Below, one piece after another: positions 1 through 10,735 of a stretch of DNA of 64,000 bases. This DNA comes from an uncultured delta proteobacterium (lineage in GTDB: Bacteria > Myxococcota_A > UBA9160 > SMWR01): contig CAWHTE010000007.1 of assembly GCA_963832165.1 (NCBI GenBank), forward strand, positions 608,001 to 672,000. The letters run 5' to 3'. Numbering within the stretch: position 1 is the stretch's first letter; each line of letters opens with the position of its first letter. The notes beneath the pieces were generated by a model. The model was not told the DNA's origin and did no database searches. It saw only the letters and a list, made by a program, of their open reading frames with translations. A program made the translations under genes and the position numbers.

Positions 1-1280
1 CCGTTCGCGCGCGCCTTCGCGCTGCGCCGCTTGTAGGAGAGCGCCACCTCGGCGAAGGGTTGCTCGCCCGTGGCGACCACGACGCGGTAGTCGTGCACGC
101 GCACGAGCTGCTCCTCGGGCGTCTTGAGCACGTCGGCGATGATGTAGGGCAGGTCCTCGGCGACGACGGTGTGCTTCTTGTCGCCGAGCTCGATGATCCG
201 CTGCAGCACGAGCGCGCGATCCTCGGGCGGCAGCGCGATGCCGAGGCTCTTCAGATTCTGGTCGAGCGACGCCTTGCCCGAGAGCTTGCCGAGCGCGTAC
301 TTGCGGCGGCCGCCGAAGCGCTGGGGAGCGAGCCGGCTCGCGTAGAGATCGCCCTTCATGTCGCCATCGGCGTGGATGCCGGCCGTCTGCGTGTACACGT
401 CGCGTCCGACCACGGGCGTGTTCGCGGCGAGGTCCTTGCCCGAGAACGTCGCGACGAGCCCCGACACCGACGAGAGGCGCGACTCGACCACGCCCGTGCG
501 GAACTCGCTGTGATCGTGCAGCGTCGCGACGATCTCGGCGAGCCGCGTGTTGCCGGTGCGCTCGCCCATCCCATTCACGCTCGTGTGCACGCCGCGCGCG
601 CCCGCGCGCACGGCCGCGAGACAGTTCGCGTTGGCGAGGCCGTAGTCGTTGTGGCCGTGGAACTCGAACACCGTGTCGGGCCAGGTGGAGGTCATGAGCC
701 CGACGTAGCGGCCCGCGTCTTCGGGCGCGAACACGCCCAACGTGTCGGCGAGGTAGATGCGGTCGATGCCCGACTCGCGCAGCTGCTGCACCATCGCGAA
801 CACGTAGTCGAACGAATCCCGGACGCCGTTCGACCAGTCCTCGAGATAGGCGTTCAGGCGGATCCGCTTGCGGCGCGCATTGCGCGCGGTCTGTGCCACG
901 GCGTCGCGGTGCTTCTCGGGCGACATGCCGAGCTGGGTGCGGCAGTGGCGCTCCGAGCCCTTCACGAGCAGGTTCATCACGCGCCCGCCGACGCCGACTA
1001 CCCAGTCGACCGACGGGCGGCCGTCGCAGTAGCCGAGGATCTCGACGCGCGGCAGCAGGCGGTTCTTGGCGGCCCATTCGGTGACGCGTTCGGCGGACTC
1101 GCGCTCGCCCTCGGACACGCGCGTGGAGGCGATCTCGATCCGGTCGACCTTCACCTCCGCGAGCAGGATGCGCGCGATCTGGAGCTTCTCTCCGGGCGTG
1201 TAGGAGACGTCGGGCGTCTGTTCGCCGTCGCGCAGCGTCGTGTCCATGATCTGGACGCGGTCTTTTTGCGGAACGGCCAC
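1..1280 (-). CDS. cimA: Citramalate synthase / isopropylmalate synthase family (DRE-TIM), 3' end outside the window
   Basis: Hand-translated minus strand (not in ORF track): MAVPQKDRVQIMDTTLRDGEQT...VDRIEIASTRVSEGE...LADTLG...HGHNDYGLANAN...NGMGERTGN...QTAGIHADG; resembles Leptospira-type CimA. Confidence 0.85.
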   Translation of the reverse strand, partial: MAVPQKDRVQIMDTTLRDGEQTPDVSYTPGEKLQIARILLAEVKVDRIEIASTRVSEGERESAERVTEWAAKNRLLPRVEILGYCDGRPSVDWVVGVGGRVMNLLVKGSERHCRTQLGMSPEKHRDAVAQTARNARRKRIRLNAYLEDWSNGVRDSFDYVFAMVQQLRESGIDRIYLADTLGVFAPEDAGRYVGLMTSTWPDTVFEFHGHNDYGLANANCLAAVRAGARGVHTSVNGMGERTGNTRLAEIVATLHDHSEFRTGVVESRLSSVSGLVATFSGKDLAANTPVVGRDVYTQTAGIHADGDMKGDLYASRLAPQRFGGRRKYALGKLSGKASLDQNLKSLGIALPPEDRALVLQRIIELGDKKHTVVAEDLPYIIADVLKTPEEQLVRVHDYRVVVATGEQPFAEVALSYKRRSAKARAN

Positions 1281-1359
1281 GGGGGAGGACTCCGGCCTGC
1301 GAGTGTGACGGTGTGCCGCAGTGTGTCAACACTGCAGGCGCCTTACACTCTGCGAAGCG

Positions 1360-2289
1360 ATGGCGGCACCGATCGGCGAATCGCTCGAGGTGGAGCCGTC
1401 CGAATCCGGACGCCGGCTCGACGTCTTCCTCGCCACTCGCCTGCATCTCACGCGCGGGCGCGCGCGTCGGCTGCTCGCGAGCGGTGCGGTGCGGATCGGC
1501 GGGCGGCCGCTCGGCGAGGGCGACAAGGGCCTCGCGTTGCACGTGGGCGAGCGCATCGATGTGGAGGCCGAGGTGCGCGCGGACGCCGAGCGCATTCCGG
1601 CCGAGCCCGAGGCTTCACTGTGCGTGCTCGCGCAGGGGCCCGGCTGGCTCGTGGCCGACAAGTCCGCCGGCGTGCCCGTGCACCCGCTCGCGGCCGGCGA
1701 GCGCGGGACGCTGCTCGGCGCCGTGGTGGCGCGCCATCCCGAGATCCAGGGAATCGGCGAAGGCGGGCTGCGCAGCGGGGTGGTGCACCGGCTCGACGTC
1801 GATACCTCGGGCGCGCTGCTGCTCGCGACCGACGAGGAGCAGTGGCAACGGCTGCGCGCGGCGTTCCGCGAGCACCGCGTCGAGAAGCGTTACCGCGCGA
1901 TCGCGGTCGGCAGCGTGGCCGCGGACGGCGAGATCGAGCTGCCGCTCGTGGTCGCGCGCCACCGGCCCGCGCTCGTGCGCGCAGCGAATCCGGACGAGCT
2001 CGAGGATGCGCGCCGGACGACCACGAGCTGGCGCGTCCTCGAACGTCTGCGCGGCGCGACGCTGCTCGAGGTGCGCACGGTGACGGGTTTCCTGCACCAG
2101 GTGCGCGCGACACTCGCACATCTCGGCCATCCGCTCGCGGGGGATCGCAGCTATGCGCCGGACGGCGATGCGACGGGCGCCGCGCGCCACATGCTACACG
2201 CGGCGTCGCTGCGTTATGCGGGGATCGCGGCGGAGAGTCCGGATCCGCGTGATTTCGCGGAGGTGCTCGCGGCGCTGCGCACGCGATGA
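1360..2289 (+). CDS. RluA/RluD-family pseudouridine synthase with N-terminal S4 domain
   Basis: GRRLDVFLA (S4), VHRLDVDTSG catalytic motif, TGFLHQVR, GHPLAGDRSY, MLHA. Confidence 0.92.
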   Translation: MAAPIGESLEVEPSESGRRLDVFLATRLHLTRGRARRLLASGAVRIGGRPLGEGDKGLALHVGERIDVEAEVRADAERIPAEPEASLCVLAQGPGWLVADKSAGVPVHPLAAGERGTLLGAVVARHPEIQGIGEGGLRSGVVHRLDVDTSGALLLATDEEQWQRLRAAFREHRVEKRYRAIAVGSVAADGEIELPLVVARHRPALVRAANPDELEDARRTTTSWRVLERLRGATLLEVRTVTGFLHQVRATLAHLGHPLAGDRSYAPDGDATGAARHMLHAASLRYAGIAAESPDPRDFAEVLAALRTR

Positions 2290-2290
2290 C

Positions 2291-2334
2291 GAGCCGCGGA
2301 AGGCGGGATCCGCCTTCGGCTCCTCCCGCCCTAC
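2291..2334 (-). repeat. GTAG-type REP palindrome (family A)
   Basis: Minus strand GTAGGGCGGGAGGAGCCGAAGGCGGATCCCGCC; near-identical copies at about 13215, 15480 and 22440. Confidence 0.9.
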
Positions 2335-2990
2335 TTCTTCATGGCGAACGTCAATCCGTCCGAGATCGGCAGCATCACGGTATCGACGCGGCGGTCGTTT
2401 GCGACGTGGTCGTTGAAGCGCCGGATCGCGACCGTGTTCGCGTCGTTCGCGTCGGGGTTCACGACGTTCCCCGACCAGAGCACGTTGTCGACCAGGATCA
2501 ACCCGCCCGTGCGCAGGCGCACGAGGATCTCCTCGTAGTAGTCGATGTAGGAGACCTTGTCCGCGTCGATGAAGGCGAGGTCGAGGTGCGGCTCTTTCGG
2601 CAGTGCGCGCAGCGTCTCGATCGCGGGCGCGATCCGAAGCTCGATCTTGTGCGCGACTCCCGCCTTCTCCCAGTAGCGCTTTCCGATCGCGGTCCACTCC
2701 TCGCTCGTGTCGCAGCACAAGAGCTTGCCGTCGTCGGGTAGACCCCGCGCGAGACACAGCGCCGAGTAGCCCGTGAACGTGCCGATCTCGACCACGCGCC
2801 GTGCACCCAGGAGACGCACGAGCAGCGTGAGAAGCGCGCCCTGCTCGGGCGCCACCTGCATCATCGCGATCGGGCCGAGTGCCCGGGTCTCGTGCGCGAG
2901 CGAGTCGAGCACGGGATCGGGAGGAGGGCCGTGCGCCACGAGGTAGGCGTGCAGCTCGGGCGAGAGACCCAGCGACTTGATCCCGCTCAT
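2331..2990 (-). CDS. O-methyltransferase (caffeoyl-CoA / Methyltransf_3 family)
   Basis: MQVAPEQG, VEIGTFTGYS, AFIDADK, VDNVLWSG, DGLTFA. Confidence 0.93.
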   Translation of the reverse strand: MSGIKSLGLSPELHAYLVAHGPPPDPVLDSLAHETRALGPIAMMQVAPEQGALLTLLVRLLGARRVVEIGTFTGYSALCLARGLPDDGKLLCCDTSEEWTAIGKRYWEKAGVAHKIELRIAPAIETLRALPKEPHLDLAFIDADKVSYIDYYEEILVRLRTGGLILVDNVLWSGNVVNPDANDANTVAIRRFNDHVANDRRVDTVMLPISDGLTFAMKK

Positions 2991-3738
2991 CGCCGCGCCC
3001 GCGCTTGTTGCTTCATCTGGATCTGCATGGCGATCGCCTTCTCCTCTTCCGCCTCGGGGATCATGCCGCGGCGCTGATAGAGAATGGAGAGATTGGTGTG
3101 GGAGAGCGCGTCGTCGGGCTCGAGCTCGATCAGGCGTCGGCCGGCGACGATCGCGGCTTCGAGATCGCCCTTCTGGCGGTGGGCGAGCGAGAGGCCGTTC
3201 CAGGCGATCGCGAGCGCGGGGTCGAGATTCAGCGCCTGCTCGTAGAGCGCGATCGCCTCGTCGTGGCGGTCGTTGGCGAAGTGCTCGAAGCCGCGCCGGT
3301 ACAGCGCCTTCGCCTCGGCGTTCTCGACGCGCTTGGGCGCGGGCGCGCTCGGGGTCGGCGGTGCCGCCGCGCGCGCGGCCTGACGCGGGCACGCCCAGGA
3401 TCTTCTCGGCGCGGCGCAGGAACGTCTCCATCTCGCGCCCGGTCTGCAGATCTCCGCTCTCGCGCGCGAGGTCCAGCGCGCTGCGCAGCACGCGCGCGGC
3501 CTCGGCCACCTCGCCCGCTTCGAGCAGCGCGCGGCCGAGATCGCGGTGCGCAGCCGTGTAGCGCGGGTTGCGCGCGATGCGCGTGGCCGAACGCGTCGAT
3601 CGCCTCGCGCCAGCGCGAGAGGTCGAGCAGCGCGCGCCCGAGCGTGAACCAGGTCGTCGGGTCGTCCGGGTCGCGATCGATCAGCGCGCGCAGCTTCGCC
3701 ACGCGTTCTTCGATCTCGGCCGCGTCTGCCCTCGCCAT
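2987..3738 (-). CDS. Tetratricopeptide repeat protein (two apparent frameshifts, about 3590 and 3375)
   Basis: TPR helices across three frames: TTWFTLGRALLDL, AAHRDLGRALLEAGEVAEA, AIAWNGLSLAHRQKGDLEAAI. Confidence 0.75.
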
Positions 3739-3795
3739 GCATGCGACCCTAGCCCAGCCGGAAGCTAGTAATCGGGCTGCCCGCATCGGACCCCA

Positions 3796-5011
3796 ATGCC
3801 CGTACTCACCTTCCTGCGCCGCCGCCTGTTCTCGCGGCTCGTGACCAACCTCGCGGTCGCGCTCGGCCTGTTCCAGGCGTTGATCGCGCACTGGCTGTGG
3901 ACGATCGCGCTGGAGCGGCCCAGCGGCGGTCTCGTGCCGTGGCTCGGCGCCGCACTCGCGCTCTCGGCCGCCAACGCCGCGACCGTGCCCGCGATGCAAC
4001 GCGCGCGCCGCCAGCGCAGCGGCCGCAGGAGTCGCATCGCGCGCGTCTACATGGAGTCGGGCGTCGCGACACTCTTCGTGGGGCTCTCCGTGCTCGCGAG
4101 CTGGGTGGTCTACGCGTTCGTGGGCGGCGCCGCGCTCGCACTCGGCGCGCCGGCCGCGTGGGTCGATCCGATCTTCCGCGTCGCGTCGGCGCTATTCGTC
4201 GCTTCGGTCGCCGCGCAGGTGGCGTGGGGCTTCACGGTCGGACAGCGCCGGATCGAAGTCACCACGACGCGCGATGCCGCTGCCGAAGCTGTCGCCGCAG
4301 CTCGCGGGCCTGCGCCTCGTGCAGATCAGCGATCTGCACATCGGCAATCGCCTCGAGGCCGACCGGCTCGACGCGATAGTCGAGCGCACCAACGCAACGC
4401 GCCCCGACGTCGTCGTGCTGACGGGAGACCTGTTCGACTTCGACCCGATCTACGTCGACGACGGCGCGCGCCGCCTCGCTGGCCTGCGCGCGCGCTACGG
4501 CGTGTTCGCGATCCTCGGCAACCACGACCACTACGTGGGTACCGAGCGCGTCGTGACTGCGCTCGCGCGCCATGCGCCCGGGATCCGCCTGCTGCGCGAC
4601 GAGCTCGTGCGGCTGGCGACCGAGGAGCCGCTCTATCTCGCGGGCGTCGAGGATCCGGGCGGTCCTTTCTTCGAGCGCGGCCTGCACGTCCCCGCGATCG
4701 ACGCGCTCGCCGATCTGCGCCCCGCCGACGGCCCCGTGGTGTTGCTCGTGCACCAGCCCGAGGCGTTCGGGCACGCGGCGCGACGCGGCTTCCCGCTGGT
4801 GCTCGCGGGCCATACGCACGGCGGGCAGATCGCGCTCCCGGTCGGGCGCAGGGGCATCAACCTCGCGCGCGTGATGACGCCGCTCACGCGCGGCACCTAT
4901 CAGCTCGACGCGTCGATCCTGTACGTGAACCGCGGCATCGGCGTAGGAGGTCCGGCAGTGCGGATCCACTGCAATCGCGAGATCGCGGTGCTCGAGCTGG
5001 AGCCGTCGTAG
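3796..5011 (+). CDS. Membrane-anchored metallophosphoesterase (YkuE-like), frameshift about 4272
   Basis: N-terminal TM helices, then ISDLH, TGDL, GNHD, HQP, GHTHGGQ, NRGIG. Confidence 0.88.
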
Positions 5012-5032
5012 CAGCAGCATGCGGCCGCGAAC

Positions 5033-5071
5033 GGCGGGATCCGCTCGCTTCGCTCGCTCCTCCCGCCCTAC
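5033..5071 (-). repeat. GTAG-type REP variant
   Basis: Minus strand GTAGGGCGGGAGGAGCGAGCGAAGCGAGCGGATCCCGCC; its TAG is the stop of the GNAT gene. Confidence 0.85.
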
Positions 5072-5955
5072 AACTTCTTTTCCAGCGCGTCGATCAAGCG
5101 GAAGCGCCGGAAGCCCACCTTCTCGTACGCGCGCAGCGCGGTGCGATTCGCGGGCGAGAGAGCCAGGAGGCTCGCCTTCGCGCCGGCCGCGAACTGACGC
5201 GCGAGCAGCCACGCGACCAGCGCGGAGCCGAGGCCGTGATCGCGCCGCTCCTTCGCGACGCCCGCAAACGCCACCCACGGGCGCTTCGGCCAGTGCGTCT
5301 CGAACTCGACGAACGCGGCGAGCTCTCCGCCCGCGCGCGCGACCGCATGCACGTGGCGTCCGTCGGAGAGCACGCGGCGCATGCGATCCTCGGTGCGCGG
5401 CTCGAATCCGCACGCGAGATAGAGCTCGAGGATCTCCACGGCGTCTTCGGGCTTCGCGATCTGGATCTCGAGCTGCGCGATCGGCTCCTCGGGCACCTGG
5501 GGTGAGCGCTCGCACTTCATCACGTAGGCCTGGCGCACGGGCCGGAAGCCGTGGCTCGTGAGCAGCGAATAGCCCGCGCGGTTGCGCGTGCCGATGCCCG
5601 CGGTGGCGAGCTCGATGCCGATCTCCCCGCCGAGCTTCTGCGCGGCGCGCAGCAGCTCGCCGCCCACGCCGCGGCCGCGGTCCTTGCGGCGCACGATCGG
5701 GCACAGCATGCCCGCCGACGGGTCATCGGGGCGGCGCAGGAAGCCGACCATCCCCTGCGCGTCGCCGAGGTCGCCCTCCTCGGCCACCAGCACGTGGTCC
5801 TCGGGGCGGACCCCGAAGCGCGCGAACTCGGCGACGAGCTCGTCCGCACTCTCCCAGAGCGGATTGAGCACGAAGTCGGCCTCGCCCCGCGCGCACTCGA
5901 CGGCGAGTGCCGCGAGCGCTTCGGCGTCCTCGGGGCGGTAGGGGCGGATCGGCAT
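5068..5955 (-). CDS. Tandem-domain GNAT acetyltransferase
   Basis: Two acetyl-CoA motifs (RGRGVGGELL; RDHGLGSAL), N..A...YEKVGF. Confidence 0.85.
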   Translation of the reverse strand: MPIRPYRPEDAEALAALAVECARGEADFVLNPLWESADELVAEFARFGVRPEDHVLVAEEGDLGDAQGMVGFLRRPDDPSAGMLCPIVRRKDRGRGVGGELLRAAQKLGGEIGIELATAGIGTRNRAGYSLLTSHGFRPVRQAYVMKCERSPQVPEEPIAQLEIQIAKPEDAVEILELYLACGFEPRTEDRMRRVLSDGRHVHAVARAGGELAAFVEFETHWPKRPWVAFAGVAKERRDHGLGSALVAWLLARQFAAGAKASLLALSPANRTALRAYEKVGFRRFRLIDALEKKL

Positions 5956-5964
5956 GCTCGTATT

Positions 5965-5998
5965 ATGGCGGATTACGCCCTGCGGGCGAGCGCCCTAC
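5965..5998 (-). repeat. Degenerate GTAG REP
   Basis: Minus strand GTAGGGCGCTCGCCCGCAGGGCGTAATCCGCCAT; shares ends with the REP doublet at 26559. Confidence 0.6.
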
Positions 5999-7585
5999 GC
6001 GCCCACGCGCCGCCGGATCGCCTGCACCACGCGCCCGAGGTCGAGGCCCCGCTCGCGCGGGATCTGGAAGTAGTGGTCGCCGTCGTCCTTGACCAGGAAC
6101 TTCACCTTCTGGCCCGCGAGCACCTGCTCGATCGGCGCCGCCTCGGACATCGCGTGGTCGAGCTTCGCGAACACGCGGCGCCCGTCGATCTCGAGCAGCG
6201 CGACGTGCACGGGATCGCTGCCGCCCGAGGTCACGTGGATCGTGGTGGCGGCCTCGACGCGCGCCTCCGCGCCGTGCAGTGCGTGCGCGCGCTCGCGCTC
6301 GCGGCCGCGGCTCTCGCGCGACTCGAACAAGCGCCGCGGCTCGGGCACCTCGTCGCGGTGGCGGCGGCCGTCGGCGAGCTCGATCAGCGTCACGCAGTTG
6401 TTGTTGCCGGGGCCGCCGATCGAGTTCGAGATGCCGAAGCGGGCGTTGCGCACCTGCGCTTCGCGGTTGGGGAAGCGGTCGGTGATCTGGAGGTAGTTCT
6501 CGCAGATCTGGAACAGGCCCGTACCGCCGATCGGATGGCCGCGCGCCTTGAGTCCGCCCGACAGGTTGGTGGGCAGGCGCCCGTGCACGCCGGTGACGGG
6601 GTTCGTGAGCGGATCGCCCGGCTCGCGCGAGACGTCGCCGACGAGCGCCTCGATCACTTCCGACGGATCGAACAGGCCGAGGTCGACGAGCCCGATCGGG
6701 AGCAGGCTGTTGAACGCGTCGTGCACCTCCGCCACGACGCCCTCGATCTGCGCGCGGGTCGGCGACACCCGCGCGCCAGTAGGCGAGCTGCGCGGCGCGC
6801 CGCGTGGCTTCGAACGACGTGAGCGCACTGCGGTCGAGGATCGACGACGTGTCGGTGGCCGAGCCGATCCCGGCGATCCGCACCGCCTGCGGCCGCGCCG
6901 TGAGGATCAGCGCCGCGGCGCCGTCGCAGATCGGCGAGCAGTCCTTTCGGCGCAGCGGCGTCGCCACGGGCAGATTCACGCGCGAGTCGAAGTAGGCCGC
7001 GAGCGGCTCGGGCCGGCCGTGGAACGCCGCGAGCGGGTTGTTCGCGCCCAGTGCGTGGGCGCGGTGCATCAGGCGCGCGAGTACCTGGGTGCCCTCGTCG
7101 TCGGCGAGCCCGATCTCGCGGAACCAGGCCTGCGTGATCAGCGCGATCAGCGCGGGCATCGTGAACCCGAATCGCCGCTCCTCGGGGTCGACCGTCTTCG
7201 ACAGGATCGCCGTGGCGACCTCGGTGTTCACGGTCTTCATGCGCTCGCCGCCGAGCACGAGCACGCTCTCGGCCTCGCCCGACGCGATCTTGTAGTAGGC
7301 CTCGTGCAGCGCGGTGGCGCCCGTGGAGGAGGCGGTCTCCGAGCGCACGGCGGGAATGCCCGTGAGGCCGAGCCGGTCGACCGCCACGGTGGCGATGTTG
7401 GCGCGGTTCTCGAACTCCTCGCTGTCCATCACGCCGATCTGCACGGCGTCGAAGCTGCGCACCGAGGAGTCCTGGAGCGCGCGCTCGTAGGCGTCGGCGA
7501 ACAGGTCGAAGATCGAGCCGAAGATGCGGCCGGTCAGGTCGACTTTCGTGAGTCCGACCGCGGCGACGTACACCTCCTTGGCCAT
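5995..7585 (-). CDS. SCP2/thiolase-like protein with C-terminal extension, frameshift about 6770
   Basis: ETASSTG, GGERM, PLRRKDCSPICDGAAA, EVHDAF, NLSGGLKARGHPIGGTG, SIGGPG. Confidence 0.85.
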
Positions 7586-7641
7586 CGCATCGAAAGATAA
7601 CCTACGCTCCGCGCCTGAACGCGCGCTGCGCGGGGGGAAAG

Positions 7642-9351
7642 ATGAAGAGACTCCGCCGCGTCCTGTTCGTGATGATCGCGCTGTTCGCGATCGCCTGGTG
7701 GCTCTCGCCCTCGGGCCCCGTGATCGAGAACGGCAGCGTGCTCGTGATCGAGCTCGAGGGCTCGTACGTCGAGAGCGCCGAGGCCCCGCTGATCGCGCGT
7801 CTGGCGGCGGCGCCGCCGCGCCCGCTCGCGTCACTGCTCTCCGACCTCTCGCTCGCCGAGCGCGACGCGCGCCTCGCGGCGGTGGTGTTCCGCGTGCGCG
7901 ACCTCCAGATCGGCTGGGCCAAGGCGCAGGAGATCCGCAATGCGATCACGCGGCTCGGCGAGGGCGGCCGGCGCACGATCGCCTATCTCGAGCTCGACGG
8001 GTTCGGCGGCAATCTCGAGTACTACGTCGCGAGCGCGGCCCAGGAGCTGTTCGTGGCCGAGGCCACACGCGCGCCGCTGATCGGGCTCGCGGGCGAGTTC
8101 ATGTTCTTCGGCGGCCTGTTCGAGAAGTTCGGCATCGAGCTCGAGGTGGAGCGCGTCGGGCAGTACAAGAGTGCGGCCGAGACGTTCGCGGGGCGCCGGA
8201 TGAGCGAGGCGAACCGCGAGATGGAGAACGCGCTGCTCGACTCGCTCGACGCGCAGTTCGTCGCGGGGATCGCCAAGTCGCGCACGCTTCCGCCCGAAGT
8301 GGTGCGCGGCGCGATCGACGCCGCGCCCTCGGCGCCGAGCGAGCTCGAGAAGCTGGGCCTCGTCGACGGCACGCTGCGCTTCGACGAGGTGGTCGCGCGC
8401 GCGGGCGGCGGCCCGATCGTCGAAGACGAGGTGTACGCGGGTATCGACCCGGAGAGCGTCGGCTTCGCGCCCGTGGCCCGGTTCGCGATCGTGTACGGCA
8501 GCGGCATGGTGACGTCGGGCGAGGGCTACTCCTCGCCGAGCGGAGCGCCCGTGCTCGCGTCGGAGACGGTGTCGAAGGCGCTCCGGGACGCCGCGGAAGA
8601 CTCCGACATCGCCGCGATCGTATTCCGGATCGACAGTCCGGGCGGATCGGCGTTCGCGTCCGACGTGGTCTGGGAGGCGACGCAGGCCGCGCGCGCGAAG
8701 GGCAAGCCGCTGATCGCGTCGTTCTCCGACGTCGCGGCGTCGGGCGGCTACCTGGCCGCCGCAGGCGCCAACGCGATCATCGCGTCGCCGGGCAGCATCA
8801 CGGGGTCGATCGGCGTGCTCGTGGTGCGGCCCGTGATCGCGGGCCTGCTCGAGAAGCTCGAGATCGGCAGCGAGGTGATCACGCGCGGCGCCCACGCCGA
8901 CCTGCAGGTCGCATCGCGCCCGCTCTCGCCCGAGAGCCGCGAGCGCCTGCGCCGCGAGGTGAACTCGGTCTACGAGCTGTTCGTGAAGCGCGTCGCGGAC
9001 GGACGCCCGCTCGACGCGCCCGGCGTCGACGCGGTGGGGCGCGGCCGCGTGTGGACGGGCGCGCAAGCGGTGGAGATCGGGCTCGTCGACGAGCTCGGCG
9101 GGCTCCACGAGGCGGTGACGCGCGCGAAGGTGGAGCTCAAGCTCGACCCGAACGTCGACGTCGAGCTGGTGCCGTACCCGTCCCCGCGCCCGCTCGCCGA
9201 GCAGATCGGCGAGCTGTTCGGGCAGTTCGGCGCCCGCCGGGTGGAGGCGGACCCGCTCGCAGAGCTCCTGGCGCCCGCGCGGGCCTGGCTCGCCGCGGCG
9301 GCCAACCGCCAGGTGCTCGCACTGATGCCGTTCTCGATCGACGTCCGCTGA
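7642..9351 (+). CDS. sppA: Signal peptide peptidase SppA (protease IV, long form)
   Basis: N-terminal TM, GQYKSAAE, IDSPGGS, AASGGY, GSIGV, GRVWTGAQA..GLVDELGG. Confidence 0.93.
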   Translation: MKRLRRVLFVMIALFAIAWWLSPSGPVIENGSVLVIELEGSYVESAEAPLIARLAAAPPRPLASLLSDLSLAERDARLAAVVFRVRDLQIGWAKAQEIRNAITRLGEGGRRTIAYLELDGFGGNLEYYVASAAQELFVAEATRAPLIGLAGEFMFFGGLFEKFGIELEVERVGQYKSAAETFAGRRMSEANREMENALLDSLDAQFVAGIAKSRTLPPEVVRGAIDAAPSAPSELEKLGLVDGTLRFDEVVARAGGGPIVEDEVYAGIDPESVGFAPVARFAIVYGSGMVTSGEGYSSPSGAPVLASETVSKALRDAAEDSDIAAIVFRIDSPGGSAFASDVVWEATQAARAKGKPLIASFSDVAASGGYLAAAGANAIIASPGSITGSIGVLVVRPVIAGLLEKLEIGSEVITRGAHADLQVASRPLSPESRERLRREVNSVYELFVKRVADGRPLDAPGVDAVGRGRVWTGAQAVEIGLVDELGGLHEAVTRAKVELKLDPNVDVELVPYPSPRPLAEQIGELFGQFGARRVEADPLAELLAPARAWLAAAANRQVLALMPFSIDVR

Positions 9352-9389
9352 GTCCGCTGGAGTAGAATGCGCATCGGAGGACCGCTCCG

Positions 9390-9815
9390 ATGCATCTCGA
9401 GAAGCAGTTCGAAGTGAAGCGGCCGCGCGACGAGGCGATTGCGATCGTCTCGCGCGACGAGACGCTGCTCGGGCTGTTCCCGGATACGAAGACGGAGCTC
9501 GTCGCTGCAAAGGGCGCACGCCGCACCACGCGCACCACCTACACCGCGCTGGGCCGCGAGGGCGTCGCGACGTTCCACTTCGACTTCCGCCCCGACGGCA
9601 ACGTCGACTTCGAGAAGGTCTGCGATGGAAACGTGTGGCGCGAGCTGCGCGGCACGCTCACGTTCCACGCGCGCTCCGGCTCCACGCGCGTGCGCATCGA
9701 GATGGACGGCCGCACGAAGGCGCTCGTGCCCGAGTTCACGATCAAGGGTGCCATGCGCGACCAGATCGACCAGATGGCGCGCGCGCTGCGCGATCGCCTC
9801 GAAGAGGACGACTGA
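9390..9815 (+). CDS. SRPBCC/CoxG-like protein
   Basis: 141 aa beta-rich helix-grip pattern with C-terminal helix; GGAGG RBS. Confidence 0.6.
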   Translation: MHLEKQFEVKRPRDEAIAIVSRDETLLGLFPDTKTELVAAKGARRTTRTTYTALGREGVATFHFDFRPDGNVDFEKVCDGNVWRELRGTLTFHARSGSTRVRIEMDGRTKALVPEFTIKGAMRDQIDQMARALRDRLEEDD

Positions 9816-9820
9816 TTGAC

Positions 9821-9898
9821 CGCAAGTTTCGCGCAGCGAGCGCAAGTTTCGCGCAGCGAGCCGAAGGCGAGCGAAGACCATCGGGTAGGCGAGCGAAG
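9821..9898 (+). repeat. Repeat family B element with an exact 20-bp tandem duplication
   Basis: CGCAAGTTTCGCGCAGCGAG x2, then CCGAAGGCGAGCGAAG; related to GCGCAGCGAGGCGAAGCCGAGCGAAG copies elsewhere. Confidence 0.7.
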
Positions 9899-9901
9899 TC
9901 C

Positions 9902-10709
9902 ATGAAGATCGCCACGCGCGACGGCCACGCCGTATACGCCGAGGCGCATGGCGCGGGCATCCCCGTGGTGCTCTCGTGCGCGCTGGCCACCACGCACGAG
10001 AACTGGCGGCCGCAGGTGGAGCCGCTCGTCGCCGCGGGTGCGCGCGTGGTGCTGTGGGACTACCTCGGCCACGGCCTCTCCGATGCGCCCGCCGATCCCG
10101 ACGCCTATCACATCGAGCGCGTGATCGACGATCTCGCGCGCGTGCTCGACTGGGCGGTGGGCGACGAGCCCGTCGTGCTCGGCGGGCTCTCGTTCGGCGG
10201 GCTGCTCTCGATGCACCTCGCGCTCGCGCAGCCCCGGCGTGCGCGCGCGCTGCTGCTCGTCGACACGGGGCCCGGGTTCAAGAACCCGGAAGCGCAGGCG
10301 GGCTGGGAGAAGATGGTCGAACGCCTCGCCTCCGCGGCCGAGCGGCGCGGGATGGCCGAGTACGCGGCACGCGCCACGACCCAGCTCGTCGGACAGCGGC
10401 CCGACGCGCCCGCGAGCCGCGCCGCGCATGCGGCGATCGCCGCGCAGACGCCGCACGGCATTGCGAACTTCGCGCGACGCGTGGCCGGGCCGGCGAGCCC
10501 GACGATCGATCGGCTCGGCGAGCTCGACGTGCCCGCGCTCGTGATCGTGGGCGAGAAGGACGACGCCTATCTGCGCGCGGCCGAGGTGATGGAGGCGCGC
10601 CTGCCGCGCGCCGAGCGGCGCACCATCGCGGGTGCCGGGACACATCGTGAACCTCGACGCGCCCGAGGCGTTCCTCGCCGAGGTGATCCCGTTCCTGCGG
10701 CGCGTGTGA
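9902..10709 (+). CDS. Alpha/beta hydrolase, frameshift about 10640
   Basis: DYLGHGLS, GLSFGG nucleophile elbow, GEKD; GHIVNLDAPEAF in shifted frame. Confidence 0.85.
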
Positions 10710-10735
10710 TGGCCCGCGCGCGGTAGACTTCCCGC

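Noticed and set aside
60..2252. 730-aa plus-strand ORF and similar long ORFs (20697-23033 part, 27970-30180 part, 38909-41092, 55355-57922)
   Set aside because: Antisense or off-frame shadows of real genes, typical of high-GC DNA; Arg/Ala-rich and without motifs.
9821..9898. Possible CRISPR or mini-array
   Set aside because: Only two adjacent 20-bp copies without spacers, no cas genes; belongs to the dispersed repeat family.
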